From contig CAZLLO010000001.1 of the NCBI GenBank assembly GCA_964560525.1, positions 78,651 to 142,650 on the forward strand: DNA of 64,000 nt. Reading direction: 5' to 3'. A program made the position numbers and the translations under genes. Source of the DNA: an uncultured Candidatus Saccharibacteria bacterium (GTDB lineage: Bacteria; Patescibacteriota; Dojkabacteria; SC72). How positions within the stretch are numbered: position 1 is the first letter of the stretch; each line of letters begins with the position of its first letter. This document shows, piece after piece, positions 39,066-49,115 of this stretch. The notes beneath the pieces were generated by a model, which saw nothing but the letters and a program-made list of their open reading frames with translations, ran no database searches and had not been told where the DNA came from.

Positions 39066-40349
39066 ATGGAAGATCTTCTACAAAAAGTCACATCCCTCTG
39101 CAAAAGAAGAGGCATTATATTTCAAAACTCTGAAATATATGGTGGTATTGGAGGATTCTATGACTATGGCCCTGTAGGTGTAGAGATGAAGAACAACTAC
39201 AAAAGGTACTGGTGGAAATTCATGGTCGACAAACGAGAGAATGTAGTTGGAATTGATGGAACAATTATCACACATCCTAAAGTTTGGGAAGCATCTGGCC
39301 ATGTAAAAAGTTTTGGCGATGAAGCTGTTGAATGTAAAAAATGTCACTCAAGATTCAGACCTGAAGATATTGATGGTAAATGTCCTAAATGTGGAGGAAC
39401 AGAGTTTACAGAAGCAAAAAAATACAATCTTCTTTTCAATACTGAAATTGGTGTTATTGAAGGAGAAAAATTACCAGCATATCTAAGAGGTGAAGCATGT
39501 CAAACAATATATCTTGATTTCAAAAATGTCGTTGATTCTACAAGACAACAAATTCCTTTCGGTATAGCACAAATTGGTAAAGCTTTTAGAAATGAAATTA
39601 CTCCAAACAAATTTACATTTAGAACCAGAGAATTCGAGCAATGGGATCTCCAGTATTTTGTAAAGCCAGAAGATATGCAAAAGACTTTTGAATATTGGAA
39701 AGAAGAAAGAATGAGATTTTACAAAGGATTGTTTAGAAACCAAGATAGCCTAAGATTCTACCAACATCCTAAAGACAAGTTAGTCTTCTATGCGAAAGAT
39801 GCATATGATATTGAATATTTAGCACCATGGGGTTGGGCTGAAGCAGAAGGTATACATTGGAGAGGTGATTACGATCTAACACAACATAGTAAATTTTCTG
39901 GTAAGGATTTGTCATATACTGATCCTCAAACAGGTGAGAAATACATGCCAAATATTGTAGAAACCTCAGGTGGTGTAGATAGGACATTCTTGTTCTTACT
40001 CTTAGATTCATACGAGGAAGAAACACTACCAAATGGAGAGATACGAACAGTATTGAAGATTAATCCAGAAATAGCTGCATACAAAGCTGCAGTATTCCCA
40101 TTGGTTTCTAACAAAGAAGAAATTGTTAATAAAGCTAGAGAAATATTTGAAAAGCTTACAGATACCAAGAAAGTTGTATGGGATGCTAGAGGAAATATTG
40201 GTAAAAGATACCGATATCAGGACGAGATCGGGACTCCATACTGTATAACTGTTGATTACCAAACGTTAGAAGATAACACAGTAACAGTCAGAGATAGAGA
40301 TACAATGGAGCAAAAGCGAGTTAAGATTGAAGAGTTAGCAAACCTTTAG
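39066..40349 (+). CDS. glyQS: Glycine--tRNA ligase, alpha2 type
   Basis: YDYGPVG, GKAFRNEI, RTREFEQ, IGKRYRYQDEIG. Confidence 0.96.
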   Translation: MEDLLQKVTSLCKRRGIIFQNSEIYGGIGGFYDYGPVGVEMKNNYKRYWWKFMVDKRENVVGIDGTIITHPKVWEASGHVKSFGDEAVECKKCHSRFRPEDIDGKCPKCGGTEFTEAKKYNLLFNTEIGVIEGEKLPAYLRGEACQTIYLDFKNVVDSTRQQIPFGIAQIGKAFRNEITPNKFTFRTREFEQWDLQYFVKPEDMQKTFEYWKEERMRFYKGLFRNQDSLRFYQHPKDKLVFYAKDAYDIEYLAPWGWAEAEGIHWRGDYDLTQHSKFSGKDLSYTDPQTGEKYMPNIVETSGGVDRTFLFLLLDSYEEETLPNGEIRTVLKINPEIAAYKAAVFPLVSNKEEIVNKAREIFEKLTDTKKVVWDARGNIGKRYRYQDEIGTPYCITVDYQTLEDNTVTVRDRDTMEQKRVKIEELANL

Positions 40350-40799
40350 AATCTTATACTCAATAGATCTACCATTAACTTTAAAGGTAACGACTGCACC
40401 CTCCTTGCCTTTCATCAAAGCTTTTCCCAGTGGAGATTTATCTGAGATATATCCTTTTGCAGGATCTGATTCTAACGAAGCCACGATGGTTAGTTTCTGT
40501 TGTTTTCCACTGTTTTGAACAGTTAGCTCAGTTCCGATACCAATATAGCTTGGATTACAGGCATTCTTTGTTATAACTTCAGAATTAGCAAGAATATCCT
40601 TAATCTCTAATATTCTATCCTCTACTGACTCTTTTTCCTCTAACATAACACTTAAATCATCAGTATCTTCACTCAAATCATTTTGTCGCGCATGCTCTAA
40701 TACAGCAGAAATCTCTGGTCGTTTCTTCTCCTCCAAGTCCTTTAATTCTTTCTCTAACTCTTCTCGCTTGTCCTTACTAAGCATTAATTTCTTTTTCAT
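40335..40799 (-). CDS. GreA/GreB-family factor with atypical acidic tip
   Basis: ARQNDLSED; ISDKSPLGKAL. Confidence 0.85.
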   Translation of the reverse strand: MKKKLMLSKDKREELEKELKDLEEKKRPEISAVLEHARQNDLSEDTDDLSVMLEEKESVEDRILEIKDILANSEVITKNACNPSYIGIGTELTVQNSGKQQKLTIVASLESDPAKGYISDKSPLGKALMKGKEGAVVTFKVNGRSIEYKILKVC

Positions 40800-40869
40800 A
40801 TTTTTGGGTTCTTAATTTAGAACTCTATAGTATATTATATAGCCTATGAAAACATTATGTAATATAGCC

Positions 40870-41526
40870 CTAATTTCTACCTATTAGAGGCTTTTGAGAG
40901 GTTCTCCATTTTTTAATTTCCTTGTGATTTCCAGAAAGTAATACATCTGGTACCTTCCAACCATTGAAATCTATTGGTCTAGTATATTGAGGATAGTCCA
41001 ATGTCACACCATCATTAAAAGACTCTTCGCTTAATGATTCTTCGTTACCTAATACTCCTGGAAGTAATCTCGTAATTCCATCTACAAGTACTAGTGATGC
41101 TAATTCTCCACCAGAGAGTACATAATCCCCTATAGAGAATTCATAATCTACAAGATTGTCATGTATTCTTTGATCAAATCCTTCATATCTTCCACAAAGA
41201 ATAATCATGTGAAGATCAGATTTAGTTGAAAAATCTTTTAGCTTACTTTGTACCAATTTCTCTCCCTTAGGTGTTGTAATAGCTACGATGGTATTTTCTT
41301 TTTTTAAATCTTGAATTGCTCTATATATGGGTTCTACCTTTAATACCATTCCTGGTCCTCCACCACATGGGGTATCGTCTACTGTTTTATGATTATCTTC
41401 TGCCCAATCTCTTAGATTGTGTACGTTAATTTCAACCAAACCTTTTTCTTTGGCTATTCCTACTACACCTGTATTTATATATTCTTCCACAATATTGGGG
41501 AAGATTGTTAGGATATCAAATTTCAT
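40870..41526 (-). CDS. trmD: tRNA (guanine-N1)-methyltransferase
   Basis: VDDTPCGGGPGMV, CGRYEGFDQR, SIGDYVLSGGE. Confidence 0.97.
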   Translation of the reverse strand: MKFDILTIFPNIVEEYINTGVVGIAKEKGLVEINVHNLRDWAEDNHKTVDDTPCGGGPGMVLKVEPIYRAIQDLKKENTIVAITTPKGEKLVQSKLKDFSTKSDLHMIILCGRYEGFDQRIHDNLVDYEFSIGDYVLSGGELASLVLVDGITRLLPGVLGNEESLSEESFNDGVTLDYPQYTRPIDFNGWKVPDVLLSGNHKEIKKWRTSQKPLIGRN

Positions 41527-41535
41527 AGATCTCAA

Positions 41536-41793
41536 CTACAAATTAAAAAATTTCTTAGCAATTGCAAACGCTAAATTGGCTAGAATTGTTGCTAAAGTCG
41601 TAGCACCAAATAGTAATAAGAACGTATTCCAAGGTTTCTCTACTAACTTTTCCATTATAGATAAAAATCTGTCAATTCGTCTTCCATACAATTCTTCCTT
41701 TGCTACACGATAGCAAATACTATCTACCTCTGCATTTGTGCCATTAATCCAAAGTTTCAAATTTTCATCGGTACATTTACTAAAATCTTCCAC
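41536..41793 (-). CDS. Small hypothetical protein with C-terminal TM
   Basis: 85-aa ORF (GTG start) abutting trmD. Confidence 0.5.
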   Translation of the reverse strand: MEDFSKCTDENLKLWINGTNAEVDSICYRVAKEELYGRRIDRFLSIMEKLVEKPWNTFLLLFGATTLATILANLAFAIAKKFFNL

Positions 41794-41864
41794 AATATAA
41801 TAAAAATAAGTTTAATACATTATTATAACTTTTTGTCGCAAACCTCTTTAGAAAAAATAAACTA

Positions 41865-41939
41865 TGGTACCGCTACGGGGAATCGGACCCCGGTTGTATG
41901 ATTGAGAATCATATGTCCTAACCGTTAGACGATAGCGGC
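41865..41939 (-). tRNA. tRNA-Glu(CTC), CCA encoded
   Basis: GCCGCTA acceptor; TATGA-TT-CTC-AA-TCATA anticodon arm; CGGGG/CCCCG T-stem. Confidence 0.93.
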
Positions 41940-41984
41940 ATTACGGCTGTAATTCTACCATATTAGGACCTATTTTTGCACCTA

Positions 41985-42013
41985 TTGACATTGTATATGG
42001 CTCATAATATTAT
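41985..42013 (+). promoter_or_regulatory. Sigma70-type promoter of greA
   Basis: TTGACA-N17-TATTAT. Confidence 0.7.
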
Positions 42014-42047
42014 GTCTGGTTACTATTAAATTTAGTGTTCCCTATAT

Positions 42048-42506
42048 ATGGGTGAAAACATATATCAGACTACACTGGCCGGTCTTAAAAAACTAAAAGA
42101 TGAATTAATACACAGAGAGAATGTGTTAAGACAGGATATTGCAAATATTCTAAACGAGATGAGAAATCAAGGAGATCTAAAAGAGAATGATGGATATTCT
42201 ATGGCTATAGAGAATCAACAGATAAATGAAGATAGGATATTGGAATTAAAGACAAAGATTAAGGGTGCAAAGGTTGTTAAAGATGACAACAAAGGTATTG
42301 TTGGAATTGGAGATACTGTAACCTTGAAAGGTAGCAAAACTATAAAGTATGAAATAACCAGCGAGGATGATGCTAACCCACTTGAAGGAAAAATCTCTCA
42401 TCTTTCCCCTATCGGAAAAGCTATTATGGGGAAGAAACTTAAAGCAGAAGTAGTTATTGTCACACCAAAAGGAGAAACTAAGTACACAGTAGAAGCTATT
42501 GCTTAG
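42048..42506 (+). CDS. greA: Transcription elongation factor GreA
   Basis: RNQGDLKENDGY (canonical D and E), ISHLSPIGKA. Confidence 0.9.
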   Translation: MGENIYQTTLAGLKKLKDELIHRENVLRQDIANILNEMRNQGDLKENDGYSMAIENQQINEDRILELKTKIKGAKVVKDDNKGIVGIGDTVTLKGSKTIKYEITSEDDANPLEGKISHLSPIGKAIMGKKLKAEVVIVTPKGETKYTVEAIA

Positions 42507-43204
42507 TGTATTAAGGTCCCTTCTTGTAGAATCGCTTCCACAGTAGGTTTTGCTTGCAATGATTTCCCACCACAGATGAAAAATGATATCCCCTTATTCT
42601 TGCAGAATTGAGCACATGCAACATCAATTGGAATTTTCCCGTTGGCTTGTGGCATATCTCCCTCTACAATATTAAAAAGCTTGAAATATTGAGCCCAAGT
42701 TAGATCTTTAAAGGGCATAGCTTGTGGATTCACAGAAGGATCTGAATCATATACATAATCAATATTACTAATTTTGTAAACGATATTAATATCCAGCATA
42801 TCAGCATATGCTGCAGCATCCATATCACTACTCCATCCAGACTTTAATCCTCCGCTAATCATTGTTTTATTCTTCTCTTCTGCTAAAAATTCATACGCAT
42901 CGCCTAATCTTTTAGGTATATACGATTCGGAATCTTCTAAATATCCTTGTATCATTGCTGCATTTGTTTGAGTAACAGACATAGCAATATTATGAAGATA
43001 GTCTTCTCCACCAATTGACCCTGCTATTTTATTTTGAAACTCACGAGAAAGTTCTCCCCCTCCTGTTACAAATACGATTTTCTCCAATCTATCCTTGATA
43101 TTGTAATACCATGTTTTTACTTTGTTCAACAACATAAAGTTAACCTCCAAACTATTGTTGTACAGAACAGAGCCACCAATTTTTAAAACAATTTTTGTAT
43201 CCAC
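42503..43204 (-). CDS. pyrH: UMP kinase, archaeal-like
   Basis: VLKIGGS, VTGGG..SR, GG.KSGWSSD, VYDSDP. Confidence 0.8.
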   Translation of the reverse strand: MDTKIVLKIGGSVLYNNSLEVNFMLLNKVKTWYYNIKDRLEKIVFVTGGGELSREFQNKIAGSIGGEDYLHNIAMSVTQTNAAMIQGYLEDSESYIPKRLGDAYEFLAEEKNKTMISGGLKSGWSSDMDAAAYADMLDINIVYKISNIDYVYDSDPSVNPQAMPFKDLTWAQYFKLFNIVEGDMPQANGKIPIDVACAQFCKNKGISFFICGGKSLQAKPTVEAILQEGTLIH

Positions 43205-44001
43205 TAGATTGTTAATATTAAAGTTAAGGCTAAGGCAACATACAAGAATGGTAAGATATAGTCAGAAAAATGGGTTTTTCCAGAGAATCGTACATTCCAT
43301 ATTGAGATTACTAGATAGAAGGCTAAACCACTTACGGCTGGGATTACAAAAATATTTGTATTCCAGAAAATAAAGGTAAGGACAGACACGAATAACGCAC
43401 TTAATATTGAGATACCCAGTTCTGTTAAGCCAAGTCTTTCATGCAATTTCAAAGAAAATGCGAGTAATACTAATGCTGTTACAAAAAGAAATATCACAAA
43501 GAGATATGATGGGAGCCCTATTCTCACATATACATTGGTTAGTAAATATAGAATGGAAATACAGATAAAATCAAAGATTGCGCGGGTTGCGCTAGCAATT
43601 GAATATATTTTATTCAAAGAGCTTTTTACATTTAAGAAAAGAATCAAGAAAAGTACCATACACACTCCCATTACAACATATCCTAAGGTTAAATTCCTAT
43701 TAAAATACAAGAATGCAAGCAAAGAGATATAGAAAACTAATGGTAGAACAAAGTATCCAAAGAACCTTTCTTTTAGGGATATTCTAACTATTACATCACT
43801 GTATTTGGATACCTTTTTACCAGAATATATGGAAAACGTACGTATGAACCATGTTTCTAAGAGCAAGATACCCAATACCCCCACGAGTATTAATATCCCA
43901 CCTTTTACATACGGAGACATATAGCTAAAAACCTCTGTAACAAAGAGTAAAATGAATAGATATATAATATCGTTTTGTACTTTTAACTTGTATTTTTTCA
44001 C
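43204..44001 (-). CDS. Hypothetical polytopic membrane protein
   Basis: ~9 hydrophobic segments. Confidence 0.7.
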   Translation of the reverse strand: MKKYKLKVQNDIIYLFILLFVTEVFSYMSPYVKGGILILVGVLGILLLETWFIRTFSIYSGKKVSKYSDVIVRISLKERFFGYFVLPLVFYISLLAFLYFNRNLTLGYVVMGVCMVLFLILFLNVKSSLNKIYSIASATRAIFDFICISILYLLTNVYVRIGLPSYLFVIFLFVTALVLLAFSLKLHERLGLTELGISILSALFVSVLTFIFWNTNIFVIPAVSGLAFYLVISIWNVRFSGKTHFSDYILPFLYVALALTLILTI

Positions 44002-44014
44002 TGGGCAGCAAATT

Positions 44015-45388
44015 TTAGTTTATTAAACCTGTAAAGCCATTAAATATTGCAACTGTTAAGATTAACCACCATGTCCCTACTGTAAATAAATCACCCGTTA
44101 TTTCTTTTAGCTTTCCTTTTTTCCAATATACAAATATTTCAATACATAATAACACAAAGACTAATGACACTATTGCGATGCTAACCTTGTCACCGATATT
44201 TGAATTAGCTATAGAAAGAATAATACTATCCCCTTTCACATCCGCTTGAAAATACTCAGAAATATCTAGCTCCGAAATGTTACCAACCGCATCAGAAGCC
44301 ATAATCACTACTTTATTACCAAGGCCATTTACAGGAATAGATACTGTTATATTCCCTTTATCTTCCGATGTAATTGGAATAGGTGTTGCACCATTTATTA
44401 TCCTCAAATCTGTCCACGTAGTATCTATTTTGAAAGTTAAAATGTATGCATCATTTTCCTTTTTTACACTAATTGAAGCCTTATCTATCACAGGAGCGGT
44501 AGAATCTACTGTAAAGCTTACAGTATCTGAGACACTGCTTTCACCTTTTACAGAAGCTTGCACCTTGTGTGTACCTTCAGCCCAATCGCTATCTTTGTTA
44601 AATTCCCAATAATCACTATTGGAAGATACTTCTCCAACTAATTTTGAATTATCTGAAACCTCAACTGAGTATTTACCATCAATATTACCAACTTCCCCAT
44701 TAATATTTACTCCTGGATCCGTAATAACTGCAGACTCGGCAGGAGATGTGATCATAATGCTTTTAATATCTCCATGCTCACTTCCAACAACTGTGTTTCC
44801 CGAAGAAGAAGTCTTTGTACCTGTCGAAGATCCTACCTCTTGGGTAAGATTTCCAAACATTTGAACAACAAGAGTCGTCTGTTTCCCAAGCAAAACTCCT
44901 TGTACAATAGCAACTCCAATATCTTTGTAGTTAGCACTCATGATATTTGCAGCATGTGTTGGGCTTGCCATCCAAGCCTCATGTACACCCTCTGAAGTTT
45001 GAAACCCTTTAGCAAGATTTTCCCCTGCATACACGTAGTTGTATTCTTCTGCACGTATAAATTGCCATGGTGTTTCTCCATTGGGACCAAAATGGTCCCA
45101 GTATTGTTCCTCAAACATGTTATTTGCCTTCGCTAGAGCCGCTGCAGATAGTCTAGAATCAATATTTAAAGTATTTAATCCAGATGCAGCTCTCTCTTGG
45201 TTTGTGAGCTTTACGATGTTCTCAGGGGTTATGTTACTAGCTTCTACTTTCGATATTCCAAGAAAACCTCCAAAACTATTTACAAATATCAAAAGGAAAG
45301 TATAGGCAACGATTGCAACCTTTCTAAGAAGATACGGTTTGTAGTTATTATGTTTGGTTGGAATAAACAGGTTCTTCATATTGGGCAT
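44015..45388 (-). CDS. CAP (SCP) domain protein with Ig-like domains
   Basis: TNQER, YWDH, AGENLA, WMASPTH; DSTAP Ig boundary. Confidence 0.88.
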   Translation of the reverse strand: MPNMKNLFIPTKHNNYKPYLLRKVAIVAYTFLLIFVNSFGGFLGISKVEASNITPENIVKLTNQERAASGLNTLNIDSRLSAAALAKANNMFEEQYWDHFGPNGETPWQFIRAEEYNYVYAGENLAKGFQTSEGVHEAWMASPTHAANIMSANYKDIGVAIVQGVLLGKQTTLVVQMFGNLTQEVGSSTGTKTSSSGNTVVGSEHGDIKSIMITSPAESAVITDPGVNINGEVGNIDGKYSVEVSDNSKLVGEVSSNSDYWEFNKDSDWAEGTHKVQASVKGESSVSDTVSFTVDSTAPVIDKASISVKKENDAYILTFKIDTTWTDLRIINGATPIPITSEDKGNITVSIPVNGLGNKVVIMASDAVGNISELDISEYFQADVKGDSIILSIANSNIGDKVSIAIVSLVFVLLCIEIFVYWKKGKLKEITGDLFTVGTWWLILTVAIFNGFTGLIN

Positions 45389-45466
45389 TTAAGATATTTC
45401 TTTAGTTTAAGATATTTAAAGGAAATAGTCGAGTCCTTAAACACAATTATCTTAAGTATTAAAAGC

Positions 45467-45496
45467 AAAAAGGACTCATTTTATTGAGTCCTTTTT
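45467..45496 (-). terminator. Intrinsic terminator after HU
   Basis: AAAAAGGACTC...GAGTCCTTTTT. Confidence 0.85.
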
Positions 45497-45528
45497 ATTC
45501 CTTATCTGCAAATAAATACCAGCGGTAC

Positions 45529-45798
45529 TTACTTTACTGCAGCTTTCAAAGCTTTTCCAGGTTTGAATGCTGGAACTTTGGTTTCAGGTAACTTGATCTT
45601 AGCAAGAGTTTTTGGATTGATTCCAGTTCTTGCTGCTCTTGTTCTGACTTCGAATTTACCGAAACCAGTTAAAAGAACAGGTTCACCATCTTTAAGAGAA
45701 CCAGAGATTGCCTCGAGGACTGCGTCCAAAGCATCACCTGCTTGTCTCTTTGTTAAACCTGTTGATGCAATTTTATCAACTAAATCTTTTTTTAACAT
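45529..45798 (-). CDS. hup: HU DNA-binding protein
   Basis: GFGKF, RTGINPKT, PAFKPGK. Confidence 0.96.
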   Translation of the reverse strand: MLKKDLVDKIASTGLTKRQAGDALDAVLEAISGSLKDGEPVLLTGFGKFEVRTRAARTGINPKTLAKIKLPETKVPAFKPGKALKAAVK

Positions 45799-46118
45799 GA
45801 CGATGGCCTCCTTTCTTTTGAGATACTACACACAGATGCTTAAAATTAATAAGATTTCTGTGCATATCCACATTAAAAATATGTTATATCAAGCTAATCG
45901 TCAAGCATCCTACTTACTACAGGGCAGGTTGACAAGTGTACAAAAACTTTGTCATGTTAAGCTTTCTTGATGATTTAACTTTTTAAACACATGCCGTAGG
46001 CAAAGATTGTGAAAAACCATAAGAATACATCATTTATGCCGTCATTCCAGCATTTCCTCATTTTAGTATGAATGTTTCATTCTCCATTAAAAAGCATTGG
46101 GGTCTTGGTATATCTATG

Positions 46119-46150
46119 AAAAAGGGGAAGCATATAATTCTACTTCCCCT
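46119..46150 (-). terminator. Intrinsic terminator after rny
   Basis: AGGGGAAG/CTTCCCCT followed by a T tract on the minus strand. Confidence 0.75.
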
Positions 46151-46185
46151 ATAGCATTCACAACTAGAAGCTGTGCTACAAATGG

Positions 46186-47709
46186 CTATCTTGCAACCTC
46201 TACCGCTCTAGTTTCTCTAATTACTGTCACTTCAACGTTGCCTGGATAGCTTTGAGTTTTCTCAATTGCCTCAGCAATTTGTTTTGCCATAACCTTAGCT
46301 TCATCATCTGAAACCATGATTGGTTTAACAATTACTCTCAGCTCTCTACCCGCTCTAATAGCAAATACATCATCGATCTTATCCCCTGCAACATCTTTTG
46401 CAGCATTCTCGATACCTTCTATTCTCTGTATATACTGCTCGTAGCTATCTTTTCTTGCGCCTGGTCTTGCACCAGAGATTGCATCGGCAAGATAAACGAT
46501 AACTGCTTCTACAGATGTAGGTTCAATATCCATATGATGCGCTTCGATAGCATTTACCAGCTTATCGCTCAAAAGATACTTTCTAGCCACTTGCCCTGAA
46601 ATATGATGATGTGGAAGATCTATTTTGTGAGTTAATACTTTTCCAACGTCATGAAGCAATGCAGCTCTTTTAACTAATGTAACATCTGCACCTACTTCAG
46701 CTGCTAATACCTCTGCCAATCTGATAACTTCAATTGTGTGAGACATTAATGATTGACCATAACTAGTTCTGTATTTCATCTTACCTACTAACTTTAAAAG
46801 CCCGATATCAAGATCTGGCCATCCTGCTTCTTCTGCAAGTATCTGTCCATTCTTCTTAATTTCTAATGAAATTTCATTCTTTGCTTTCCTTACACACTCT
46901 TCAATAGCTCCTGGATGAATTCTTCCATCCCCTATGAGCTTTGTCATAGCTACAAAAGCTATCTCTCTTCTCAATGGATCAAATGAAGACAAACCAATAG
47001 ATGTAGGAGATTCATCAACTATGACATCAACTCCTGTAATCTGTTCAAATGCTCGGATATTCCTACCCTCTTTACCGATAATTCTGCCTTTAACTTTCTC
47101 ATCCTCAACCTTAATACTCTTTGTTGTAGTCTCACCAACATAGTCAGTTGCAACTCTCTGCATAGATTCAACAAGAATATGCTGTGCTTTTTCATCTGCG
47201 ACTGCTTCAATATTCTTTTCTGCCTGTCTAATTTTTTGAGCCTCATAGCCTTTAAGATCTTCTTCTATTTCTTTCTTAAATTTCTCAGTAGCCTCTTCTC
47301 TAGAAAGACCTGATATCTTTTCCAATTGTGTTTTAAGTTGAGTCCTTGTTTCTTCAACTCTTTTGAGTGTTTCTTTAAGCTCATTCTCTTTGGATTCTAA
47401 TTCTCCACTCTTGTCATCTAAAATTTTAGATCTCTTGTTTAATGTCTTTTCTCTTTCAATTAAAATTTCTTCGTGTTCAGTATTTTCTCTTCGCATATCT
47501 TTAAGTCTTTTCTCTTCTCTCTCTCTTAGCTCTGCAAGCTCTTCCTCTGCTTCTTCAAACTTCTTACTCATCATTTTCTTCGCTGCAGATTCTATCTCAG
47601 CTTCTGGGATCTTATTAACATTAACCCATTTAAAGACATACTTAACCAATGCTACTGTACCACCTGCACCCGCGATAACGGCAGCAACAATTATTGCTAA
47701 TGTTTCCAT
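46186..47709 (-). CDS. rny: Ribonuclease Y
   Basis: N-terminal TM, coiled coil, KH (KGRIIGKEGRNIR), HD (LLHDVGK), SGARPGAR. Confidence 0.97.
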   Translation of the reverse strand: METLAIIVAAVIAGAGGTVALVKYVFKWVNVNKIPEAEIESAAKKMMSKKFEEAEEELAELREREEKRLKDMRRENTEHEEILIEREKTLNKRSKILDDKSGELESKENELKETLKRVEETRTQLKTQLEKISGLSREEATEKFKKEIEEDLKGYEAQKIRQAEKNIEAVADEKAQHILVESMQRVATDYVGETTTKSIKVEDEKVKGRIIGKEGRNIRAFEQITGVDVIVDESPTSIGLSSFDPLRREIAFVAMTKLIGDGRIHPGAIEECVRKAKNEISLEIKKNGQILAEEAGWPDLDIGLLKLVGKMKYRTSYGQSLMSHTIEVIRLAEVLAAEVGADVTLVKRAALLHDVGKVLTHKIDLPHHHISGQVARKYLLSDKLVNAIEAHHMDIEPTSVEAVIVYLADAISGARPGARKDSYEQYIQRIEGIENAAKDVAGDKIDDVFAIRAGRELRVIVKPIMVSDDEAKVMAKQIAEAIEKTQSYPGNVEVTVIRETRAVEVAR

Positions 47710-47734
47710 TATGCTTCAAATTAAAATTTAATAT

Positions 47735-47882
47735 GTCCCCTTAAACGCTTTTGTGAAAAGACACAGCCGAAATGCTGCGTTTTAATGAATTATTCTCTTT
47801 AATTTTATTAGAAATCGATTTCATAAAATTAATAATCATTACAAATACATTCAATAGTATAAAAGTGTTTAATCATAGGACT
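47735..47882 (-). ncRNA. ssrS: Probable 6S RNA
   Basis: Rod GTCCT/GGGAC and TTAAACACTTTT/AAAAGCGTTTAA, central bubble, inner stem; upstream of rny. Confidence 0.65.
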
Positions 47883-47886
47883 TTTA

Positions 47887-47915
47887 ATCATATCATTTTT
47901 AGGGGAATTCCTCAA
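47887..47915 (-). promoter_or_regulatory. Sigma70-type promoter for 6S-rny
   Basis: TTGAGG-N17-TATGAT on the minus strand. Confidence 0.6.
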
Positions 47916-47999
47916 TGAAGAGAGTTACCCAATAACCTATCTCTTTCTATTTATTAAATATATAATAATGTGTTTAACATATTATGATAGCCAGAGTTA

Positions 48000-48581
48000 A
48001 TGAGTAGAAAAATACTTTTTTCAGTACCGTCCCCAGAGATTAAAGAAAAGATAAAAGCATATCTTTTTCCCGCTACACAACAGAGAAATGTTCTAGCTTA
48101 CATGTCATCTGATGGGTCAGATGAATCTTCTAAAAAATATGTCGACGAGTGGAAACAATATGCAGAAGCAAATAATTCAGACTTTGTTGAGATTAATAAC
48201 TCCCTTCGTGGAAAACTTGCCGAAGAAGAAAGGTTGAAACTTACAAAAGCAAATATATTAATGATTACAGGAGGGAACACTTTTAAATTACTGAAGCATC
48301 TTCGTGAATCTGAACTTGATAAAGCAGTAGAGGAATTTGCACAAAAGGAAGAAAATGTTCTAGCGGGATTTAGTGCTGGAGCAATCGTACTATCCCCCTC
48401 TATTAAAACTGCTACTCAAGATGATAATAATGAGATACATTTAGTGGATTTTACAGGTCTAAATATTGTTCCATTCCTTGTAGTTCCGCATGCGGATACA
48501 AAACAAGAATATGTAAAGGAGTTAGAAAATAATGGAGAACAGGTTTGTGCATTAAACAATGATGAATTTAGAATAGTATAA
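48000..48581 (+). CDS. Peptidase S51 (PepE-like, class I glutamine amidotransferase fold)
   Basis: GGNTFKL, GFSAGA, VPH. Confidence 0.88.
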   Translation: MSRKILFSVPSPEIKEKIKAYLFPATQQRNVLAYMSSDGSDESSKKYVDEWKQYAEANNSDFVEINNSLRGKLAEEERLKLTKANILMITGGNTFKLLKHLRESELDKAVEEFAQKEENVLAGFSAGAIVLSPSIKTATQDDNNEIHLVDFTGLNIVPFLVVPHADTKQEYVKELENNGEQVCALNNDEFRIV

Positions 48582-48587
48582 TCACTA

Positions 48588-49112
48588 ATGAGAAATTTGA
48601 ATATTCAGTTTAAACCCGAGCCAAACGAAGAACCTTTCATAACTGCAGCTAATGAATATACAAAAATTTGGAAAGATGATGGAGAAAAAATTGTTCAGAA
48701 ATTTGAAGAGCTCTCTGGCTGTAAATTTCATGAAGAGTATATTAAAGCAATTGTGTATATTGGGATAAGCCGTTCAGGGGTTTTTGGCGATGCAATGCAT
48801 CTAAGAGCAAGATATCCCATTGATACAAAAAAGGCTACCATAATTCATGAGCTTGGACATCGTCTATTCTTTGGATTTGAAGATTATCAAAAAAGTTATG
48901 ATGCAGAACAAATTAATGATTTAATTATTTATGACGTCTGGACAGATCTATATGGCAAAAAGTTTGCAGATGAACAAATTCTTGTAGAAAAAGCTCGAAA
49001 AGGTGTCTATGATTATGAATTCGCTTGGAACTGGGCACTAAGTCTTAGAAGAGATGGAAGAAAAACGTTATTTAATAGAATAAGAGAAGATTTTTTAAAG
49101 AATAAATCCTAG
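48588..49112 (+). CDS. Hypothetical zincin-like protein
   Basis: TIIHELGH (HExxH). Confidence 0.6.
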   Translation: MRNLNIQFKPEPNEEPFITAANEYTKIWKDDGEKIVQKFEELSGCKFHEEYIKAIVYIGISRSGVFGDAMHLRARYPIDTKKATIIHELGHRLFFGFEDYQKSYDAEQINDLIIYDVWTDLYGKKFADEQILVEKARKGVYDYEFAWNWALSLRRDGRKTLFNRIREDFLKNKS

Positions 49113-49115
49113 TAC

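Noticed and set aside
45860-46120. Possible replication origin (ATATCCACA near-DnaA box, long spacer)
   Set aside because: Only one imperfect box, no cluster, no dnaA nearby
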